Positions 58,392 through 64,000 of a stretch of 64,000 bases of DNA are shown one piece after another (the stretch's first letter is position 1; every line of letters begins with the position of its first letter). The position numbers were made by a program, and so were the translations under genes. Origin of the DNA: Candidatus Izemoplasmatales bacterium (GTDB taxonomy: Bacteria; Bacillota_I; Bacilli_A; Izemoplasmatales; Hujiaoplasmataceae); the NCBI GenBank assembly GCA_050949045.1, contig JBMNEZ010000001.1, positions 224,001 through 288,000 of the forward strand. Direction: 5' to 3'. The notes under the pieces were generated by a model, which was not told where the DNA came from, searched no databases, and saw only the letters and a program-made list of their open reading frames with translations.

Positions 58392-61031
58392 ATGGAAAAG
58401 AAAACAGTATTATTGATAATTTTTATATTAATATTTTGCGTGTTTTTTTCTTCATGTAGACAATGGAATAGAGAAGATCGGGTTTTAGAACCTAAGACTG
58501 GTATTTTTTATCGGGTTGATGGACATGAAGATATAATTTACACCATAGAACGAAAAAATCTAAGTGATAGTCAGTATATTATGGTTTCTTCTTTACAAGG
58601 AATCGTAGCTCAAACTGTTTCGAGTATCTTTATTATTAATGATCTGGAAGACGAATTATGGCTTAATGAATGTAAAGAGACTTATAATATTGAAACTATA
58701 GAAACAAAGTCTCCATGGGAATTAGTGACGCTATTTAGGAGTTGTATTGGTGAAAACTCCTATGTGCTATATAATTTGATCGGTGAGGAAGGTGTATCTT
58801 ATTCTGATCAAACTATCAATTACGCGACAACAATTTCTGGCGCAACCCAAGCTTTAATGGTTTCCAAAGAATTAGAACAAGATGCCATTGAGCATGGGCT
58901 CATATTGTCAATTGATACAACTGATGGTACTTGGAATACACAAAGAGTATTTAATAATTATAAAAATAAGTTGAATAATACCTATCTTATCCATCAAGAT
59001 CCTGAAAGATTAGATTTAAGAGATTATTCTATTGCTGGTAAAGCAATGTGCTTCTATTCTGATTATTATGATGGTTCGGAGAATATTAAAGAAGAGATCT
59101 ATAATTGGTCTACAACCAATGCTCCAGTCTTTGGCTGGACAAAAAATGAAGTAAATTTCGTTTCCGCGAATTCACTTCTTTCTAAAATTACCATCGCGGC
59201 CGACTGGAGCACCAACTTGTCATTTTATTCATCGTTAGAGCGAGAGAATTCAATCAAACAAATAAATCATCAAAAAGACGAAATACAAGCGGAAAACGGG
59301 AAGCACTATGTTGCTATTGTGATGTCTGATGGTGATAATGTTCAATGGATGATAAATTCATTTGCCACTTCTAAATTATTCTATGGTTCCCAATATCGGG
59401 GCGAATTTAAACTAACTTGGACTACAAGCCCAGCTCTTTACGATGTGGCGCCAAATATCTTAAAATACTTATATCAAAATGAAAATTCTAATGATTACTT
59501 TATTGCTGGCCCATCAGGTGCCGGTTATTGCAACCCTTCTGAGTATAATCCAGCCTCCATTGCGGAATATGCCGCTTATACGGCAGGTTATATGGAAAAA
59601 ATGGATACGTCGGTATTAAACATTATTGATAATTATGTTGGCAATGAACAATATGATTTTTTCGCAAAATATGATTCAATCAAAGGCGGAATTGTTTCTG
59701 TAGGAAATTATTATTTGGAAGGCAATGGAGGTGTTTACTTTACTAACGATAAACCATTTATTACGGTAAGAGAAACTTTATGGCGTTCTGAAGCGGATGA
59801 AAACCATAATAGGTATTATGGCTTCATTGAGAGAGTAGCTCAAAGAATCAATAGTTATTCAACTGATCCTTCTAGTATTGAAGGCTATACTGTTGTGTTG
59901 GCTCATGCTTGGAGTGTTGGCACAATGGAATATTTAAGTCGCTTTGTTGAATTATTAGATGACCATATCGTATTAGTTACAGCCGATGAGTTAATTGATT
60001 TAGTAACATTAAACGTAAAACATGAAAATATCGAAGAACTAGATGACTATCTTCCAATTGATTTTGAAAATAATTTAGCACCAATAAGTACTGAACAATA
60101 CCGAATAATTGATTTTAATAATACACCTGTGAATGTTTCTAGAAAATTTATGTTTGAAGAAGATAATCCTTCAGGTTGGTTTTTTAATTGCGGAGGTCTT
60201 CAATATGACTTTTCTGGCTTTAAGCTCGGAAAAGTAACACTTGATGGGTCTGATTTAGATGATAGAATCGATGCTTTTCCGAATAGTTGGATGTATACAA
60301 AGTTTGATTTGAATAGCAATGATTTGATATTACAATTAAAAGTAAATTCTGGGGATAACGCTGATACCAATTTCAGGGTAAGATTTATTACTTTTGAAAA
60401 TAACAAATTAGTGTATCACACATTACATGCAGAAGAATATGATAAAGACCTTGATGCTTATGGTTACTATCTACTAAATGAATCTTCTCCTTCCGTATTT
60501 ACCTATGAAATTAGTGATTTTGTAAACCAGACAGTTTTGTTAAGCATTGAACAAGATGATAGTGGTGAAGGCAGTGGCGAAATCGTCAATGTCAATAAGA
60601 TATTTATTACAGATTTCATTGAAACTGTTTCTACAAAAACTTTTTGGTCATCAGATGAAATTATGGATGAATGGCTAGGAAGAGGAAAAGTTGTAAAACA
60701 CCCTGAAGGCTTATGTTTAGAAAGAAACACAAGTGATGCTTCAATTTCATGTACTGTCAAACTTGATAATGAGGTAAATTATTTAAAATTATATATTCGT
60801 AAATTTATTAGACCAACTGGACCACAAGATTTAGATGCGAAAATAGTTCTGAAAATTAACGATGAAATAGTAAGATCAGACGATTCAAACAACGATTATG
60901 TGTTAGTTACAGAAGATAATTTTGTTTTATATCAATATAATATTTCAAGTTTTCGAGATCAAACTATAACAATTGAAATAATAAATATTGAAGGAGAACA
61001 CGCTTGCTTTAATACAATTGTTATTGAATGA
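58392..61031 (+). CDS. GxGYxYP family lipoprotein with two C-terminal modules (A, B)
   Basis: Lipobox FSSC; SLQGIVAQ, VFGW, SDGDNVQW, GPSGAGYCNP, AHAWS; C-terminal modules shared with the next gene. Confidence 0.82.
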   Translation: MEKKTVLLIIFILIFCVFFSSCRQWNREDRVLEPKTGIFYRVDGHEDIIYTIERKNLSDSQYIMVSSLQGIVAQTVSSIFIINDLEDELWLNECKETYNIETIETKSPWELVTLFRSCIGENSYVLYNLIGEEGVSYSDQTINYATTISGATQALMVSKELEQDAIEHGLILSIDTTDGTWNTQRVFNNYKNKLNNTYLIHQDPERLDLRDYSIAGKAMCFYSDYYDGSENIKEEIYNWSTTNAPVFGWTKNEVNFVSANSLLSKITIAADWSTNLSFYSSLERENSIKQINHQKDEIQAENGKHYVAIVMSDGDNVQWMINSFATSKLFYGSQYRGEFKLTWTTSPALYDVAPNILKYLYQNENSNDYFIAGPSGAGYCNPSEYNPASIAEYAAYTAGYMEKMDTSVLNIIDNYVGNEQYDFFAKYDSIKGGIVSVGNYYLEGNGGVYFTNDKPFITVRETLWRSEADENHNRYYGFIERVAQRINSYSTDPSSIEGYTVVLAHAWSVGTMEYLSRFVELLDDHIVLVTADELIDLVTLNVKHENIEELDDYLPIDFENNLAPISTEQYRIIDFNNTPVNVSRKFMFEEDNPSGWFFNCGGLQYDFSGFKLGKVTLDGSDLDDRIDAFPNSWMYTKFDLNSNDLILQLKVNSGDNADTNFRVRFITFENNKLVYHTLHAEEYDKDLDAYGYYLLNESSPSVFTYEISDFVNQTVLLSIEQDDSGEGSGEIVNVNKIFITDFIETVSTKTFWSSDEIMDEWLGRGKVVKHPEGLCLERNTSDASISCTVKLDNEVNYLKLYIRKFIRPTGPQDLDAKIVLKINDEIVRSDDSNNDYVLVTEDNFVLYQYNISSFRDQTITIEIINIEGEHACFNTIVIE

Positions 61032-61093
61032 TGAAACGCCACAAATATAACAACAAATTTACTTTAAAGTAATCATTAATTATTTTGCCCTTA

Positions 61094-61111
61094 CAGAAAA
61101 CCGTTTTTCTG
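61094..61111. promoter_or_regulatory. Third LacI-type operator
   Basis: CAGAAAACCGTTTTTCTG, same core as 51349 and 51438. Confidence 0.75.
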
Positions 61112-61149
61112 GCAATATAAATTATTATTTATTTAAAATAGGAGGATAT

Positions 61150-63504
61150 ATGAAAAACAAGTTTATTATTTTTGCATTTGCTTTTATTCTAATTTTTATT
61201 CTATTTGGTTGCGAAAGCGAGCAAACGACAGTTATTAACGTAGAAGATGAAATGTTTGAAATGACCATCTCGAACGTTAAACAAACTTTTTTTGATCAAA
61301 ATAACGGTGATTGGAATTTAGCTAATGGCGCGATTAGAAACACATCTTTAAAAACGGGTAAAGAATGTATCAAGTTAATCAAAGGAAGTAGCATTTATAA
61401 CAAATTTTCAATATCATCTAAAGACAAATTACTATTCTTAAGTGCAAATGTTTCAGGTGAAGAATTGGCTACACTGTGTGTAAAAGTAATGACATACAAT
61501 GGTTCTGCTTATGAATATTATTCTCTATCATTATGCGATGAATCTCTTTTAAACAAAGTAGGAGAGTTCTATGAAGTTACAACTGATTCTGCCAATTTTT
61601 TAGCATTTGATCTTAACGATTTCATTGGTAAAGAAGTTGTAATCATCATTGAGCAGCCAATAAATGCCACAACTAGTAATGATATTTATATCAATAGTGT
61701 TTCTTTTGGCATCAAGGCTGAAAATATCTTGTTAGATAAAGAATTTGATCAATCAAAAATTGTATCTTCATTTGATTTGAGGGGAAGCATTGAGTCAAAA
61801 GAAGATGGAATTCATTTTACAAATGGTGCCTCTTTTGTACAAATGATTCGTGTCAATTCAGATTATCCATATCTAAAAATAACACTTGGACAAAGCGGAG
61901 CCCTTTTATCACAAGTTTCAGTTCTTATCGGCGACGAATATATCAAACCAGAAAATGGTGATACGATGGCTGTTTCCGCAAATGAGAATGAAGTATATGA
62001 GTATGTATTTGATTTTACCAAATTCAATGATTGTATTGTTACTTTAACCATTAAAAATAACAGCCTTGGTGATGCTGTTCTCAAGAGAATGGATTTTATG
62101 GCATCTAAACAAGGTTATTCAAATGCTGTAAGTTGGGATGCTCGAGAAATATTTTATTCATGGATGAAAGTTGGCTCTGTGGTCCTTCATAAAGAAGGAG
62201 TATGCCTTGAATCTTCTTATAGAACTTCCTCCATGGCGAATATTACAAAAATTACCGAAGAGGCTCATTATTTAAATGTTCGTTGCCGAATATTTATTAG
62301 ACCAGCAGGCCAGGCACAAGATGTCGCACCTAAAGTAAGAGTTCAAGTTGACGACGTATTAATTAAAACAGTCGATGGTCAAGAATACGTTAGCCCTCTA
62401 GGTGACGATTATGACACTTTTGTTTATGACTTAAGCAATTATATCGGACAATCTGTAACTATAAAAATTTCTAACACTGATGGCACCCATGCGTGCTTTG
62501 ATTTCATTTATTTAGACGATACGCAAGAGATAGAAGAGTTAAGATATGAATCTGAACAATATACGCTAGAGTATTTGAATACAGTTGGACTATTAGATAA
62601 TACAACATTCAATTTTATTGAAGATAGTGAAGGTTGGACGTTAGGAACTGGCGAAAAAAAATATGACGGGTCATCATGGATAGAAAGTGGAAGATTGGAT
62701 AATCCATGTATAAAATTAGATGGTTCCGATATCGGTGATAGTAAAGATTTTATTCCTAATTCATGGATGATAGGAAAAGTAAATGTTACAGCTGATATGA
62801 AGAACTTATATCTTAACCTAAGTAGACCATCTGATGCTGATACTTCTTTAAGAGTAAGAGTTCTTACAATTGAATTTGGAAAGATTGTCTCCAATTATTT
62901 AGTATCTCATAATTATGAAAAAGATGTCGATTATTATGGCTATTATCTTGTTGATCACACTTCTCCTGCTAAATACAATTTTGACTTGACGGATTATGTT
63001 GGCCAGACTATTTATTTGTCTATTGAACAAGATGATAATGGTGAAGGCGCTGGTGAAATCATATATATAAATACAATTAAATTTTCTCCCAAAGAAAAAA
63101 CTGTTTCTACTAACAACGAATGGGATGTCAAATCACTAATTGAAGATTGGGATAGATTTGGCAACATTGAATTACATAGCGAAGGTCTATGCATTGAAAA
63201 TTATGAACAACCATCTTCGATTGCCAATTACGTAACTGTTCCTACAAATTTATCGACATTACAAATTAGTTTTAGAAAGTTTATTCGTGATGGAGTACAG
63301 GATAAGGATCCATTAATCGTTCTATATGTTAACGATGAAATTGTTAAAGCAATTGGTAGTGATAAAGACTATGTTACTTGTGAAGGCGATGCAATCGTAA
63401 CTTTTGCTTATGATCTTTCAGGTTTTGCTGGACAGAATGTAAGAATAAAGATCAAAAACATTGAAGGCGAGCATGCTTGTTTCGATGAAGTAAAATTTTC
63501 ATGA
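61150..63504 (+). CDS. Multimodular surface lipoprotein, no catalytic domain recognised (A'-B'-B-A-B)
   Basis: AGGAGG RBS, lipobox LFGC; internal repeats H.EG.C..R.FIR..QD..G.HACF and LDGSD..PNSWM..LSIEQDD.GEG.GE. Confidence 0.75.
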   Translation: MKNKFIIFAFAFILIFILFGCESEQTTVINVEDEMFEMTISNVKQTFFDQNNGDWNLANGAIRNTSLKTGKECIKLIKGSSIYNKFSISSKDKLLFLSANVSGEELATLCVKVMTYNGSAYEYYSLSLCDESLLNKVGEFYEVTTDSANFLAFDLNDFIGKEVVIIIEQPINATTSNDIYINSVSFGIKAENILLDKEFDQSKIVSSFDLRGSIESKEDGIHFTNGASFVQMIRVNSDYPYLKITLGQSGALLSQVSVLIGDEYIKPENGDTMAVSANENEVYEYVFDFTKFNDCIVTLTIKNNSLGDAVLKRMDFMASKQGYSNAVSWDAREIFYSWMKVGSVVLHKEGVCLESSYRTSSMANITKITEEAHYLNVRCRIFIRPAGQAQDVAPKVRVQVDDVLIKTVDGQEYVSPLGDDYDTFVYDLSNYIGQSVTIKISNTDGTHACFDFIYLDDTQEIEELRYESEQYTLEYLNTVGLLDNTTFNFIEDSEGWTLGTGEKKYDGSSWIESGRLDNPCIKLDGSDIGDSKDFIPNSWMIGKVNVTADMKNLYLNLSRPSDADTSLRVRVLTIEFGKIVSNYLVSHNYEKDVDYYGYYLVDHTSPAKYNFDLTDYVGQTIYLSIEQDDNGEGAGEIIYINTIKFSPKEKTVSTNNEWDVKSLIEDWDRFGNIELHSEGLCIENYEQPSSIANYVTVPTNLSTLQISFRKFIRDGVQDKDPLIVLYVNDEIVKAIGSDKDYVTCEGDAIVTFAYDLSGFAGQNVRIKIKNIEGEHACFDEVKFS

Positions 63505-63536
63505 GTTTTAAAAAAACAGAAAGAAAGGAAAATATT

Positions 63537-64000
63537 ATGAAAAAAATGCAAAATGTATGTATTTCATTGTTTGTAATTATCGGTTTTGCCTTTTTCTTAA
63601 CCGGTTGTAAAGTTGAAAAAACTGTGGAACTAGGAGTTCCTAGTATCGTGTTGACAGAAAATGTGATTAGTTGGGAAAAAGTGGAAAACGCTGACGGTTA
63701 TTTAGTTTATATAGATGCTAATGTTAACGATATAAAAGTTTGCTCGTATGAACTTAATATCTCTGAACCTGGTGATTATCAAATATATGTAGTTGCCTAC
63801 AAATTATCTGGTACAGACAAGATACTAAGCGCTAATTCAAATATGCTTGTTTATACTCTGGAACAGAGTAGGCATTTTAGTACTGAATTCGATGAAGGTT
63901 CAATTCAATTATCTGCGCCAAAAATTGTGCAAGATGGATTTATTCTTGCTTGGGATTTAATACATTTTGCTACAGGTTATCGTGTATATTTTAATGGTGT
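63537..64000 (+). CDS. Lipoprotein with Fn3-like repeats (3'-truncated; not in ORF track)
   Basis: AAGGA RBS; MKKMQNVCISLFVIIGFAFFLTGC lipobox; ISWEKVENADGYLVYID and LSAP..LAWDLIHFATGYRVYFNG repeats. Confidence 0.75.
   Translation, partial: MKKMQNVCISLFVIIGFAFFLTGCKVEKTVELGVPSIVLTENVISWEKVENADGYLVYIDANVNDIKVCSYELNISEPGDYQIYVVAYKLSGTDKILSANSNMLVYTLEQSRHFSTEFDEGSIQLSAPKIVQDGFILAWDLIHFATGYRVYFNG

Overview
Bacterial chromosome window in genetic code 11 (TGA is used as a stop). Gene content and order suggest a wall-less, Bacilli-derived lineage such as Izemoplasmatales or Acholeplasmatales; this is inference. Bases 1-34.3 kb and 37.5-39.5 kb are GC-richer core genome: mutM-coaE-dnaB-dnaI, T-box thrS, rqcH/fbpA, gmk-rpoZ, polC, T-box pheST, an ABC-2 exporter, rlmN, rubrerythrin, rsgA-rpe-thiN, two tandem HtrA lipoproteins, rpmB, fakA, recG-plsX-rnc-dnaD-nth, an XRE-TPR regulator, yceD-rpmF, rsmH and tRNA-Gly/Ser/Pro. 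An AT-rich islet at ~34.5-36.9 kb has 42-bp phased motifs and an AAA+/DUF4143 gene, with a decayed gene inside it and another just after it. From tRNA-Pro(CGG) onward is a large AT-rich accessory region. It opens with a 3.8-kb att-bounded cassette encoding a surface lipoprotein with eight 168-bp RCC1-like repeats that have hypervariable loops. Next come an internally deleted IS1182-family element, a Fic gene with twin palindromic operators, a NUDIX pseudogene and a GH43 gene. It ends with a LacI-controlled glycan-utilisation locus: two GxGYxYP paralogues, GH38, a HAD hydrolase, an ABC importer, and surface lipoproteins built from two shuffled modules I do not recognise. That locus and the variable-repeat cassette are the best candidates for undescribed biology. 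All assignments come from motif reading by eye; no searches were run.
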